Below are positions 1-9,947 of a stretch of DNA of 61,252 bases, piece by piece. How positions within the stretch are numbered: the stretch's first letter is position 1; every line of letters begins with the position of its first letter. The translations under genes were made by a program, and so were the position numbers. This stretch comes from an uncultured Candidatus Saccharibacteria bacterium (GTDB taxonomy: Bacteria; Patescibacteriota; Minisyncoccia; Phycocordibacterales; PALSA-1337): NCBI GenBank assembly GCA_964357605.1, contig CAYHLX010000005.1, forward strand, positions 1 through 61,252, in the 5' to 3' direction. The notes beneath the pieces were generated by a model. It made no database searches, had not been told where the DNA came from, and saw nothing but the letters and a program-made list of their open reading frames with translations.

Positions 1-3
1 TCC

Positions 4-1152
4 TTATTTTGTTTTTGCCTTGGCCTCTACTTTCTTGGCTGGCTTTTCGACCTTTACTGGTTCACCGCTTATCTCCGCGCTTTGGAGTGCGATGTGTTTT
101 TGTACGAATTCCTGGACCAACTTATAGCCAATTTCAAGTTCTGGTGGTCGCATCTGCTCAATTGCAGACCAACTTCGAGTCTTGAAGGCATACTCAACTG
201 CATCAGTTTTGTTTTTCTTTTCCTGAGCACCTGAGCTTGGCCAGACTGAGACGAGGTAACCCTCGATCTCCTCAAGCCAACGTTTCTTTTCATTTATCCA
301 CTGTCGTTTATCTTCTTCAGTACGAATCAGCGATCCTGCATCTTGCTGTGCAACATCGTGCCGAGCAGAAATTGGATCTTTAATGATCGCTTCTACAGCA
401 GGAGCGAAATGCTCATAGGTAGGGTTCTTGAATACTGCCCCGTCAAGAAGATTCCCTCGTCCCTTGAGGACAACTGCCTGGCGCCATACTTCACGCTTCT
501 TTCGCTGAATAAGCTCATGGCGTTCCATAAGCACAAGCACGTCAAATTCGTAGGCAGCATTCTTTTCAGCCTGCATTTTGACTCCGACTTTAGTGAATTC
601 TTTTCGACCATCTTCATCAACCTCTTGCTCCATTCGGTCTGAGATTCGGCCGGTAGCAAGAATGTGGATTGGCGACTGCACAAGTGGGACCGAGAAGTTT
701 TTATTCCAATCGGCTTTAATCGTCATCCAATCCTGAATTTGGAAAGTCTGACGATTAAACTTTCGCTTGTATGCTTCTTGGAAATCCATCCAGATGTGGG
801 TAATGCTGTCGATAATCATGATGTCTGAATATCCTTCAGAGCAAAGCTGCATAGCTTTCACTAGATCAGCAAGAGAGTGAGTCTCTCTGACCATCGCATC
901 TATTCCATGCTCTCTAAAAAGAGGCAGGAGGAATTTTGATGCCTTTTCGGTATCAATCAAGACTATGGGCTTTTTGCTTTTGATCTTCTTATGAAGACCT
1001 ATTGCAACAAGTGCCGTTGTCCAGCTTTTTCCTGTACCTGGGTCACCTTCGAAAGCTGCCTTGAAGTAGGGCTTGGTATTCCCTATCTCCGTAAAGAAGT
1101 TTTCCTGGGTTTTTACAGGCTCAGGAGGTTGTTTTGTAATAATGTTTTGCAT
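4..1152 (-). CDS. phage/plasmid-type RecA-like AAA ATPase (AAA_24/Sak4-like)
   Basis: 382-aa ORF; Walker A GDPGTGKS; Walker B-like IMIIDS; K/E-rich C-terminal tail; visibly GC-richer than neighbours. Confidence 0.6.
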   Translation of the reverse strand: MQNIITKQPPEPVKTQENFFTEIGNTKPYFKAAFEGDPGTGKSWTTALVAIGLHKKIKSKKPIVLIDTEKASKFLLPLFREHGIDAMVRETHSLADLVKAMQLCSEGYSDIMIIDSITHIWMDFQEAYKRKFNRQTFQIQDWMTIKADWNKNFSVPLVQSPIHILATGRISDRMEQEVDEDGRKEFTKVGVKMQAEKNAAYEFDVLVLMERHELIQRKKREVWRQAVVLKGRGNLLDGAVFKNPTYEHFAPAVEAIIKDPISARHDVAQQDAGSLIRTEEDKRQWINEKKRWLEEIEGYLVSVWPSSGAQEKKNKTDAVEYAFKTRSWSAIEQMRPPELEIGYKLVQEFVQKHIALQSAEISGEPVKVEKPAKKVEAKAKTK

Positions 1153-1248
1153 GTATTTGTTATTGACTTCCCGAGAGTTTTTTGAGAGAATAGATTTATC
1201 TTAGGAATCCAATCTCTCCCTTCGGGGAGATTTTATTTTGTTAATTTT

Positions 1249-1539
1249 TTAGAGGCTTTCGTTTTCTCCAACTGTTTGAGAACTTTCCTGAGTTCTATTT
1301 TCATAGTTTCTGTTTTTGATCTCTTGGATCTCCTTGAGTCTCTTTTTGCGTTCAAGACTGAGAGTCTTGTTCTTCTGCAAACGGATCTCCTTGGGTTGAT
1401 AATCGATATCGACCACATCTCCTATGTTCAATCGATATTTATCTGTTAGCCACTTACCTTCGAGAATGATGGCTGGAATGCCGTATCGTCTGTAGGTTAC
1501 AGCTCGAGTGTTTTTTGGTTTATTTTTCATTGTTAGCAT
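1249..1539 (-). CDS. SymE-like / AbrB-fold small protein with K/E-rich tail
   Basis: 96-aa ORF; YGIPAIILEGKWLTDKYRLNIGDVVDI resembles the SymE/SpoVT-AbrB motif. Confidence 0.45.
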   Translation of the reverse strand: MLTMKNKPKNTRAVTYRRYGIPAIILEGKWLTDKYRLNIGDVVDIDYQPKEIRLQKNKTLSLERKKRLKEIQEIKNRNYENRTQESSQTVGENESL

Positions 1540-1703
1540 CTACCGTTGTACATCGGTTGATCCTTTTCAGGACAATGTTTTGATTAGACTATTCCATCCT
1601 CGAACCCCATGTTTCCTTGAATTTTGCTTTCGTGAACTTAGAGTTAGATTTCATAATCATTTTTTGGCTAATAATTTTCGACCTTTAAGGTGTTACGCAA
1701 ACA

Positions 1704-1729
1704 CAAAAAAACTCCGTGTTTACCGGAGT
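1704..1729 (-). terminator. intrinsic terminator after gap
   Basis: ACTCCG-7 nt loop-CGGAGT hairpin, followed by a U-run in minus sense (A-run 1704-1710 on plus). Confidence 0.6.
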
Positions 1730-1759
1730 CTTGTATAGAACTTTATGGGGTCTTGTTTT

Positions 1760-2737
1760 TTAGATTAGCATTCCTGCCTTAATGACGTGTTGGACCAACG
1801 TATGGGTATACCCCATCTCATTGTCATACCACGCCAAGACTTTTACAAGGTTGCCATCTACCACTCTTGTAAAAGCCAAATCTGCAATAGAAGCATGCTG
1901 ATTACCAATAATGTCATGAGAAACCAATTCCTCTTCCGTCACCGTAAATATCCCCTTCCAGCGTGCCTCTTCCGCCGCTTTCTTTAAAATATTGTTAACC
2001 TCTTCAGCTGTCGTATTTTTCTTGGAAATAAAAGTAATATCTACAATAGAGCCAGCCGGTACTGGCACCCGGATAGAAATACCATCAAACTTCCCTTCCA
2101 GTTGCGTTGCCACCTTGGTCACCGCAATAGCCGCTCCAGTAGAAGAAGGAACAATATTCTGGGCCGCGGCACGACCCTCACGCAAATCCTTTTTAGAAGG
2201 ACCATCGACAAGAGCTTGAGAAGCCGTGTAGGCATGGACGGTATTTAGCACAGCCTTTTCAATACCGATAGTCTCGTCAAGAATAGCAATGAGAGGAGAG
2301 CCAGCGTTTGTGGTACATGAAGCATTAGAAGAAATTTTACACTCCTTTAATTTCTCTTCATTCATACACATGAGCACGGTCGGAGAACCATCGTCTTTGA
2401 TAGGAGCAGTAATTACCACTCTTTTTGCCCCAGCATCAATATGAGCTTGTGCCTTTTCAGTAGAAGTGAAGAGTCCTGTAGATTCCACAATGACGTCGAT
2501 TTCCAATTCCTTCCATGGTAGTTTTGTCGGATCTTTCTCACTCACATATTTTACCCCATTGAGGTTGTGCTCACTCTTACCATAGACCGTGTCATACTTC
2601 AAAAGATATTCCATACTTTCGATACTACCGAGGTCATTTATGGCCACGATCTCTATTTCCTTATTTTCTCTAGCTAGCTTGAAAAAAGCTCTGCCAATTC
2701 TCCCAAAACCATTGATTGCCACACGAATTTTCTTCAT
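1760..2737 (-). CDS. gap: glyceraldehyde-3-phosphate dehydrogenase, type I
   Basis: 325 aa; N-terminal INGFGRIGR Rossmann motif; SNASCTTN active-site cysteine motif. Confidence 0.95.
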   Translation of the reverse strand: MKKIRVAINGFGRIGRAFFKLARENKEIEIVAINDLGSIESMEYLLKYDTVYGKSEHNLNGVKYVSEKDPTKLPWKELEIDVIVESTGLFTSTEKAQAHIDAGAKRVVITAPIKDDGSPTVLMCMNEEKLKECKISSNASCTTNAGSPLIAILDETIGIEKAVLNTVHAYTASQALVDGPSKKDLREGRAAAQNIVPSSTGAAIAVTKVATQLEGKFDGISIRVPVPAGSIVDITFISKKNTTAEEVNNILKKAAEEARWKGIFTVTEEELVSHDIIGNQHASIADLAFTRVVDGNLVKVLAWYDNEMGYTHTLVQHVIKAGMLI

Positions 2738-2774
2738 ATTTTTAAATTAAAATTATGAAGATATTATAACATAA

Positions 2775-2861
2775 CTATCTAAAGGCTATTTGTCCCACAA
2801 AAACTAGAGCGCTCAGAATAACCAAAATACCAATCAAGATAGTTATTTGTTTTGTACTCAT
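2775..2861 (-). CDS. candidate 28-aa hydrophobic micropeptide
   Basis: Hand translation MSTKQITILIGILVILSALVFVGQIAFR; GGAGGT Shine-Dalgarno 4 nt upstream of the ATG; not in the ORF track (too short). Confidence 0.35.
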   Translation of the reverse strand: MSTKQITILIGILVILSALVFVGQIAFR

Positions 2862-2872
2862 AAGTACCTCCA

Positions 2873-4177
2873 TTATCCCACAAAAGTCAAAGCTTTGCCT
2901 CTTTTTCCAGCTCTACCAGTTCTTCCTATTCTATGAACATAGTCATCGTAAGTAGAAGGTATCTCGTAGTTTATGACATAACTTACACCAGCAATATCCA
3001 GTCCGCGAGCAGCTACGTCGGTTGCCACTAAAATGTTTGTGTGACTTTCCTTAAAAAGGGCTAAGGCCTTTTGTCTCTGCCCTTGGGTCTTGTTACCATG
3101 AATAGATTCAGCTTTGAAACCAAGGGTCTTTAATTCTTTCGCCAGTCTTTCTACACCATGCTTGGTTCTACCGAAAATGAGAACTTTATCAAAGCCTGGT
3201 TGAATAAGAAGATCGTGCAAAACATCTAGTTTATTCTTTCCTGGTGGTACACGCACAATATCCTGGTCTACCTGACTTGAAGTTTCGCTAGTTTTTACAG
3301 AAATCATGACAGGCTCTTTTAGAAAATCTTTGATCAAAGCTTTGATCTCTGGTGACATGGTTGCGGAAAAGAAAAGAGTGTGACGGGTTGGTGGCATTCT
3401 TGAAATCATGTACTTAATATCAGCGATAAATCCCATGTCTAACATTCTATCTGCTTCATCTAGGACAACCGTGGCATATTTCTCCAAATTGATCACTCTC
3501 TGATCAATCAAGTCTTTCAGACGACCCGGGGTACCAATGATGAAGCTATGGGCGCGACGTAATGAAGAGATTTGATATCCCATGCTCGCCCCTCCCACAC
3601 AACAGACAGCGTGCATGTTAAGTCCAGTGGTAAATCCTTTAAGTTCTGATTCTATTTGCTGAGCTAGTTCACGAGTAGGTACCACGATAAACACCCTATC
3701 GTTTGCTGGATGTGGTTCTTTTCCAGCACGAGAAACTAGAATTTTATTTATTAAAGGAATAAGAAAGGCGGCGGTTTTGCCTGTTCCAGTATTTGCAATA
3801 CCGACGAGATCTACTCCACGAAGAATATGGGGAACGGCTTTATCTTGGATCGGAGTTGGAGTCACATAACCTTTAGTGATAATATTTTTCTTTAAGGATT
3901 CTTCTATATGAAAATCTGAAAAAGCATGATCTGGTACGAAGTGTTCAATCTTTTCTGTGATAACGGCTTTATTGATGAACTTTTTGGGATCAATATAAGC
4001 ACCCTGTGAAAAGCCTCTTCTTTGAGGAGGTCTGCTACTAAAGGACTTTTTGAATGGTGGTCGACTACTAAACGGTCTACTTCCAGATGTACGACGGGCG
4101 TAACCTGATTGAGAAGAATGACCTCGAGGTGCACTTGAATTAGATTTACTATACGATTTGCTATACATAGGTGACAA
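2873..4177 (-). CDS. DEAD-box ATP-dependent RNA helicase
   Basis: 434 aa; AxTGTGKT, DEAD (VLDEADRM), SAT and HRIGRTGR motifs; S/R/P-rich N-terminal extension. Confidence 0.95.
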   Translation of the reverse strand: MSPMYSKSYSKSNSSAPRGHSSQSGYARRTSGSRPFSSRPPFKKSFSSRPPQRRGFSQGAYIDPKKFINKAVITEKIEHFVPDHAFSDFHIEESLKKNIITKGYVTPTPIQDKAVPHILRGVDLVGIANTGTGKTAAFLIPLINKILVSRAGKEPHPANDRVFIVVPTRELAQQIESELKGFTTGLNMHAVCCVGGASMGYQISSLRRAHSFIIGTPGRLKDLIDQRVINLEKYATVVLDEADRMLDMGFIADIKYMISRMPPTRHTLFFSATMSPEIKALIKDFLKEPVMISVKTSETSSQVDQDIVRVPPGKNKLDVLHDLLIQPGFDKVLIFGRTKHGVERLAKELKTLGFKAESIHGNKTQGQRQKALALFKESHTNILVATDVAARGLDIAGVSYVINYEIPSTYDDYVHRIGRTGRAGKRGKALTFVG

Positions 4178-4191
4178 CTATATAGTAAAAG

Positions 4192-4662
4192 CTAAAAAGT
4201 GTCAAGATGTTTTTTCTCCTTCAAATCATCAATTAATGACACTAAATATCCATATACTTTAATCCTCGCCTCCTCAATCGTAAAAAATCCTCCTCTATCC
4301 ACCTCCGGAATTTCCATTTGTTTTCCAGATCGTGGTGGCCACTCTACAAAACACGTATTGCTTTTAAGTTGTACCGGATCACAATCCCCTTCAAAAGCCC
4401 AGACATGAACAATTTTATCAGGGCGCATCGCTGGCTTCAGTTCTATGAATTTATCTGTTACCACCTTAAAGCCCGTTTCTTCCTCAAATTCTCTTTTCGC
4501 AGTTTCAAATAAGTCTTCTCCTTCCTCTACTAGACCTTTAGGAATACTCCAAGAACCGTTATCTTTATTTTTATAAAAAGGACCCCCTGGATGAACGAGA
4601 AAAACTTCTACTTGACCTTTCTTTTTTCTGTACATCAAAAGTCCTGCACTAACCTTTTTCAT
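4192..4662 (-). CDS. NUDIX hydrolase
   Basis: 156 aa; Nudix box GLVEEGEDLFETAKREFEEETG. Confidence 0.85.
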   Translation of the reverse strand: MKKVSAGLLMYRKKKGQVEVFLVHPGGPFYKNKDNGSWSIPKGLVEEGEDLFETAKREFEEETGFKVVTDKFIELKPAMRPDKIVHVWAFEGDCDPVQLKSNTCFVEWPPRSGKQMEIPEVDRGGFFTIEEARIKVYGYLVSLIDDLKEKKHLDTF

Positions 4663-4666
4663 AAAA

Positions 4667-5071
4667 TTATTTAAAAAGGATAGGAATCTCTATGGCGTCA
4701 TCATATTCCGGTAGTCCAGATGGATTGTCTTTTTTTACAATCAGGAAACCTCGTTCCCCATATTCTGGTTTAGCAAATTCAATTGTTCCTTCAAATGGGA
4801 CAAAATCCTCCGTCATCCATTCACCTTGAGCGGTAGCATAACCCTCAGCAATAATCTTGCCGTCCCAATCAGTCAGAATTAAAGGTAGGTTGGCTTCAAA
4901 AAACCAGTTGCCACGAGCTTTTCCAGAAACGACAAGGGGGGAAGAAATTTTTTCATTTTCGTTTGGAGAGGCTACGATAATAAAAGTATCGCCTCTTTTA
5001 ATAAAATAAGAAATAACACTTATAACGATGACTAGAATAATGATGGAGTAAATAGCTTTTTTCATAAGCAT
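4667..5071 (-). CDS. Gmad2 immunoglobulin-like domain protein, membrane-anchored
   Basis: 134 aa; N-terminal TM helix; SGKARGNWFFEANLPL...GEWMTEDFVPFEGTIEF matches the Gmad2 pattern. Confidence 0.7.
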   Translation of the reverse strand: MLMKKAIYSIIILVIVISVISYFIKRGDTFIIVASPNENEKISSPLVVSGKARGNWFFEANLPLILTDWDGKIIAEGYATAQGEWMTEDFVPFEGTIEFAKPEYGERGFLIVKKDNPSGLPEYDDAIEIPILFK

Positions 5072-5082
5072 ACTATACCACG

Positions 5083-5460
5083 TTATTTACTCTCCTCAAG
5101 ATCTAGGCAGACTGAATTTATACAATATCTCTTTCCGGTAGCTGTTGGCCCGTCGTCAAAGACATGACCAAGATGGGAATTACATTTGGCACAGACTGTC
5201 TCTATACGTTTCATTCCATGAGAATCGTCTACTATTTCTTTGATCGATCCTGGAATAGCCTGGTCGAAACTTGGCCAACCGGTACCAGAGTCAAACTGGG
5301 CGTCAGATGAAAATATTTTATTGCCACAGACCTTGCAGGTATACATGCCATCTTTAGTCTTATGCACATATTGCCCAGAAAAAGGCGCTTCCGTACCTTT
5401 TTCACGGAGGACTTTGTATTCTTCGGGGGTAAGTTTCTTTTTGAAATCTGGATCGGTCAT
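5083..5460 (-). CDS. msrB: peptide-methionine (R)-S-oxide reductase
   Basis: 125 aa; CxxC zinc pairs and GWPSF / RYCINS catalytic motifs. Confidence 0.95.
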   Translation of the reverse strand: MTDPDFKKKLTPEEYKVLREKGTEAPFSGQYVHKTKDGMYTCKVCGNKIFSSDAQFDSGTGWPSFDQAIPGSIKEIVDDSHGMKRIETVCAKCNSHLGHVFDDGPTATGKRYCINSVCLDLEESK

Positions 5461-5482
5461 CTTCTTATTTTTTTCATGTATC

Positions 5483-6553
5483 TTAATTTATAACTTCTAT
5501 CTTCCCATCACGGATAATCTTGAGTGAAGCTCCAGAAATGACGATGCCTTCTGAATCAATGGTTAAGTTCCCTAATGCTCCTTCGAGATTGCTGATCTTC
5601 AGCAATTCATCCTTGATACCCTCACGAGTTTTAGATGGTGAACGTTCTGCTGCATAGGCGACGAGATTAAAAATATCATACATATTAGGAACAGCAAATG
5701 TAATTGGTTTTTTTAACTCAGCTTCGTATGCCTCCACAAAACCTTGAGCTGGAAGTTGAGTACCGACAAACCAAAGATCATTAAAGAGTTCACGTTTAGG
5801 CGAGAGTTCAAAATACACCATTGTACTTATATTTTTAATAGACACGTCACTGAACTGTTGCATAGCAATTTCTAGCTCAGGAGGAATTGAAAGAAGTATG
5901 TACAAATCTGGTTTTACTTGCTTTAGATTAGCAATTCGAGATTTAAAATCTCTTTCACCAGGCTGAAACACCTCGTCCCCCACTAATTGAATATTAGGTA
6001 CCAAAGTTAATTGCTTTTTGAACTCATCAGCAACCGCCTGTATACCTTGATTATTTATTCTCAGGATAGCAACTTTTTTTATATCCCGCTTCTGTAATTC
6101 TTCAATGAAAAGTTTGGAAACGCTTGAGGGAGGAGTGAAGTGAATAAAATTATAATCACCCTTGGCAATATTCGGATCAAAAGCGATATTAAGATGAGGT
6201 ACTTTTTCTTTTTCTGTGATCGGAGACACAACACTGCCAATGGGTGCGTAGGCATCAACAATCACATCAACCTTGTCTATGGCTATAAGCTTATTTGCTG
6301 CGCTTAAAGCAGTTTTGGGATCGAGAGCACTATCTTCAAAAATAAGCTCGAATTTAAGATCTCCTTTATAGTTTTTAACACCAAAATTAAGTGCATCTCT
6401 CAACCCTTCTCCGACTTGAGCATTGGCTCCTGTTAGGGGCAAGATAGCACCTATTTTAATGGTAGCATCAGATATAGATGTAGAGTTTTTTCCTAAAACA
6501 ATCAGAACAAGAATAATCACTACCACGATCCCCCCAATCACCTTTTTAGCCAT
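5483..6553 (-). CDS. ABC transporter substrate-binding protein (LivJ/Peripla_BP_6-like)
   Basis: 356 aa; N-terminal TM/signal anchor; IKIGAILPLTGANAQVGEG pattern typical of branched-chain amino-acid binding proteins. Confidence 0.7.
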   Translation of the reverse strand: MAKKVIGGIVVVIILVLIVLGKNSTSISDATIKIGAILPLTGANAQVGEGLRDALNFGVKNYKGDLKFELIFEDSALDPKTALSAANKLIAIDKVDVIVDAYAPIGSVVSPITEKEKVPHLNIAFDPNIAKGDYNFIHFTPPSSVSKLFIEELQKRDIKKVAILRINNQGIQAVADEFKKQLTLVPNIQLVGDEVFQPGERDFKSRIANLKQVKPDLYILLSIPPELEIAMQQFSDVSIKNISTMVYFELSPKRELFNDLWFVGTQLPAQGFVEAYEAELKKPITFAVPNMYDIFNLVAYAAERSPSKTREGIKDELLKISNLEGALGNLTIDSEGIVISGASLKIIRDGKIEVIN

Positions 6554-6619
6554 ATTTTTCTTATTAGAAATGATAATTAAATACAGCTAAATAGTAGCAC
6601 TTTCCTATGTCTTGTAAAC

Positions 6620-7432
6620 CTACTTGAGCAAAGTATGTTTTCTATCGCTAATGGCTGATTTTCCAGTTTTTTCTTCAAGTTTTTTACGAGCGGCGTGAGC
6701 CACACTTCCACCTTCTCTTGCAACCTTACGATTTCCTTCTAGACTAGAAGGTTTTTCCACCTTTGAAATTTCCGTGTTGGAAGTTTCAGCTAGCATGTTT
6801 AAGACAATTTCAAGGTTTGTCATATTATCGCGAAGATTTTCCTGTTTCAAACCTTTATGCTTTTTGTAATCTTTCGTAGTCATACCTGCCCAAGCAAAAG
6901 TTATTTCGTCAGTAAGCAAAGCATACTCGAGAGGATTTTTTATTCCTCTTTCATTCCATTCATCAGTCAATTCTTTCCTGATCTCTATACTCTTCAAGCG
7001 CTGATTTATCCACTCTTTCGTATATCCTTTCTTGAGGTAAGTATTCAAAGCTCTTTGTATCGCAAGTTCTGGATTATGAGCTTCTTCTACCCTTTCATAC
7101 CCCACCCTAGCAAGCCAGAGCTTAAATGGTTCGGCATTTGGAGAGGGAATTGATTGTATAATACGGAATACAGTTTCGGTGTCAGTTACATCGGTCAGAT
7201 AATATTTACCATCAGAAGCCTCCATTTTCAGTTGTCCGATTTTTGCGGACAACTCACTTCCCTCGTCTTTAAGCCTCCTTTTTAAATCGTCCCAATACTT
7301 TCTTGGCCTATCACTTTGAGATAGAGCTTCTACCACATCCACCACAGAAAAATACCATTTCTCGAATTTTTCATCCCAAATTTTTCGTATTTTCTTACCT
7401 TCAAAAGTAGAGATAGAGTTCAACATTAACAA
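6620..7432 (-). CDS. Bro-N domain / DNA-damage-inducible protein D-like
   Basis: 270 aa; N-terminal FEGKKIR...WYFSVVDVV Bro-N-like segment; C-terminal DinD-like NLRDNMTNLEIVLNMLAE...AREGGSVA. Confidence 0.6.
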   Translation of the reverse strand: MLMLNSISTFEGKKIRKIWDEKFEKWYFSVVDVVEALSQSDRPRKYWDDLKRRLKDEGSELSAKIGQLKMEASDGKYYLTDVTDTETVFRIIQSIPSPNAEPFKLWLARVGYERVEEAHNPELAIQRALNTYLKKGYTKEWINQRLKSIEIRKELTDEWNERGIKNPLEYALLTDEITFAWAGMTTKDYKKHKGLKQENLRDNMTNLEIVLNMLAETSNTEISKVEKPSSLEGNRKVAREGGSVAHAARKKLEEKTGKSAISDRKHTLLK

Positions 7433-7490
7433 AATTCTACACCTGTTTTTATTTTTTACTAGTTACAGAAACTTAGATTTTATGTCGTAT

Positions 7491-7994
7491 TTATTTTTTA
7501 TAAACGTCCTTTAGTAATTCCCTAAATTCTTTTTGAATTTTCTCTAACTTTGGATTAATCACAATTTCACAATATGGATTACCTGGATTATTGGCAAAAT
7601 AATCTTTATGATAATCTTCGGCTTCATCAAACTTGTCTAGTAGTACGACTTCGGTTACTATCGGTTTTCCTTCTTTATTTGAATCATTGATCTCTTTGAT
7701 CATCTCTTCAGCCACTTTCTTTTGCTCTGGAGTGGTATAGAAAATAACAGAACGATATTGAGTCCCTACATCATTTCCCTGACGGTTAAGCGTAGTTGGA
7801 TCATGAGAACCAAAGAAAACCGTGACGAGAGACCTGAAATTTATCATGGTTGGATCATATTCAATACGAACGCATTCGGCTTGTTCTGAATACCCAGGTA
7901 CGATTGAAACCACTCCTTTGAGCATTTTAAAAACGGCTTCAGTACACCAGAAACACCCGCCTCCAAATATTGCGATTTCAGTTTTCATGGTCAA
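7491..7994 (-). CDS. msrA: peptide-methionine (S)-S-oxide reductase
   Basis: 167 aa; GGGCFWCTEAVF active site. Confidence 0.95.
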   Translation of the reverse strand: MTMKTEIAIFGGGCFWCTEAVFKMLKGVVSIVPGYSEQAECVRIEYDPTMINFRSLVTVFFGSHDPTTLNRQGNDVGTQYRSVIFYTTPEQKKVAEEMIKEINDSNKEGKPIVTEVVLLDKFDEAEDYHKDYFANNPGNPYCEIVINPKLEKIQKEFRELLKDVYKK

Positions 7995-8015
7995 AATTAT
8001 AACACTTTTCTTAAA

Positions 8016-8849
8016 TTATTTTTTGAAAAGCTTGGCAAATTCTTCTTTGGTCATACTGTAGTTGAATCCTGGCTCTTTTTCCTGAAGTCGTCCGTATTTA
8101 ACCTTATTATATTTAGGTGTATGTTTTAATTGAATAAAACAAACAGCCGAATATCTACCAGTTTTAACTGTTTTGGAAGTCGCCACCACTCTATGGCAAG
8201 TGGCTTTTAGTGCCCCGTTGCTTCTTAATTGCATCTGCATAGAAGGTATGATCACAGTACTTCCATTAGTAATAGGAATATCAGTCCATCTATTACTATA
8301 ATCTAAACACTGAAATCCTTCTTCACTTTCAAATAGATGAAAGGTAAATCCACTTTGATCCGTATGGGCAGTGGCAATCTCCTCACCGACCAATCGATCT
8401 CCGAAATAGTGAATAAAACGTATAAAAAATGCTTTTTCACTTTCTTCTACTTCTTTTTCAAAACCTTTTAAGGTGAAGGCTTTTTCTGACTGTTTTGCAA
8501 AATTCATGATACTTGGTTTCAAAAACGTCACCAATTCTGTTGCTTGTTTGACGAATTTCAAAGCAGTAGGATTTTTGATTTCATCAATGTTCTTTTCCAG
8601 CCACTCTTTTCCTCCAGTGGTCACATCAAAGTTTTCTTTTCTATCACCTCTATTACCACTTCCATCTTTTATTTCATATCCGACCCCATCCGCACCATTA
8701 CTATATGGAAGATTCTGTTTTACCCAGATCGGTAGATCACAAAACTTTTTCCAAGATACTACTGTTTCTTCTACTTTTTTCCTCAGATTTTCTGGGTAAG
8801 AAAAGGTAACGAAACCGTTTTTCTTTAAACTTTTTATTTTCATCTTCAT
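8016..8849 (-). CDS. 2OG-Fe(II) oxygenase family protein (isopenicillin-N-synthase-like)
   Basis: 277 aa; HTD facial-triad motif (AHTDQSGFTFH) and distal His (CHRV). Confidence 0.6.
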   Translation of the reverse strand: MKMKIKSLKKNGFVTFSYPENLRKKVEETVVSWKKFCDLPIWVKQNLPYSNGADGVGYEIKDGSGNRGDRKENFDVTTGGKEWLEKNIDEIKNPTALKFVKQATELVTFLKPSIMNFAKQSEKAFTLKGFEKEVEESEKAFFIRFIHYFGDRLVGEEIATAHTDQSGFTFHLFESEEGFQCLDYSNRWTDIPITNGSTVIIPSMQMQLRSNGALKATCHRVVATSKTVKTGRYSAVCFIQLKHTPKYNKVKYGRLQEKEPGFNYSMTKEEFAKLFKK

Positions 8850-8919
8850 GACTAATTAATGATAATTAGTAATATTAGAAGATGTACGAAATTTAAAAAG
8901 AGAGGACGTCCTCGGTAAC

Positions 8920-9639
8920 TTACGAGGAGATAGTATCGCTCTGAATTTCTTCTTTAAAAAAGAGTGGCATTTTATTTATTGAGCCATCCTTTATTGCACC
9001 AAGCGTTGTCCGTATACCTTGGATATAGTCAAACTCAACTGATTCATTTTTGATTGCTTCATCAATAGAAACCCACATATTATGTCCAAATTCCGTATCT
9101 TCTATGAGTGTCCCCGACACAGAGTCACTATAAGTGACAGGAAACATTACATCAGAAAAGATTTCTCCACCTTTATACATGATTCTTCTTTCACAGCCAA
9201 CTAATTTAAAAACAGCCTCTAGGCCAGTCTCTTGTTTCAATTTTCTCTTGGCCGCTGGTTCGATAAGTTCTCCTTTGAGCACCATTCCACCCATTATTCC
9301 AATTTTTCCATATGAAGGATTTGATTTTCTGATCTGATTTAAGATTTCTATCTTTCCGTTTACCACTCTAGAGACAATGGTAATAACATTTATTTTAAAG
9401 AGGCTAGTAATCGCGCTATTGTGAGGATACGGATCTGCCACATGTTTTATACCGCTCGCAGATAGTGAATAGCCTTCACCTTTTCTATCCACAAGCCCTT
9501 TTTTAACTAGAAACTGGAGATGATAATTGAAAAGATCATTCGGCACTTTATCCGGTTGCATCTCGCTATAACGAAGAGATTTGGCGTTTTTGAGTCGAGA
9601 AAGAATGTGGTTCTGGATGGGGGAAAAATTTGGTAACAT
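8920..9639 (-). CDS. winged-helix + NUDIX-like domain protein
   Basis: 239 aa; N-terminal wHTH-like segment (LFNYHLQFLVKKGLV); central degenerate Nudix-like segment GGMVLKGELIEPAAKRKLKQETG. Confidence 0.5.
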   Translation of the reverse strand: MLPNFSPIQNHILSRLKNAKSLRYSEMQPDKVPNDLFNYHLQFLVKKGLVDRKGEGYSLSASGIKHVADPYPHNSAITSLFKINVITIVSRVVNGKIEILNQIRKSNPSYGKIGIMGGMVLKGELIEPAAKRKLKQETGLEAVFKLVGCERRIMYKGGEIFSDVMFPVTYSDSVSGTLIEDTEFGHNMWVSIDEAIKNESVEFDYIQGIRTTLGAIKDGSINKMPLFFKEEIQSDTISS

Positions 9640-9714
9640 ATTTGGAGTATCTTACTACTATTACAAAATCTCGCAACCAGATGGTAACGAGATTTTGTGC
9701 GACCGAATGCTCAA

Positions 9715-9786
9715 CTATTTTCGGCGAGAGCTTTTCTTCTTCTTGGTAGTCTTCTTTGAGCGTTTAGCAACTTTTCTTTTTTTCAT
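9715..9786 (-). CDS. candidate 23-aa highly basic peptide
   Basis: Hand translation MKKRKVAKRSKKTTKKKKSSRRK; below the ORF-track cutoff. Confidence 0.2.
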   Translation of the reverse strand: MKKRKVAKRSKKTTKKKKSSRRK

Positions 9787-9947
9787 AGTAAGGATATAGA
9801 AAAATAAATTTTTAAGAGCAGATAAAATATTCTCGACAAAAATATTTTACCAACTCTTTTATTATGCTATAAAAAAATAATAGTACAATAGACAAAATCA
9901 AAAAGTGTGCATAACTTTTTGAAAAAATTTAGAATTTTTCTTCCTTA

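Noticed and set aside
343-1185. Plus-strand ORFs of 99 and 64 aa, and minus-strand ORFs of 96 and 74 aa, within the ATPase gene
   Set aside because: They are nested in or antisense to the 382-aa Walker-motif ORF.
1233-1418. 61-aa ORF overlapping the SymE-like gene in another frame
   Set aside because: It is an out-of-frame overlap produced by the K/E/R-rich repetitive codons. The longer frame carries the AbrB-like motif.
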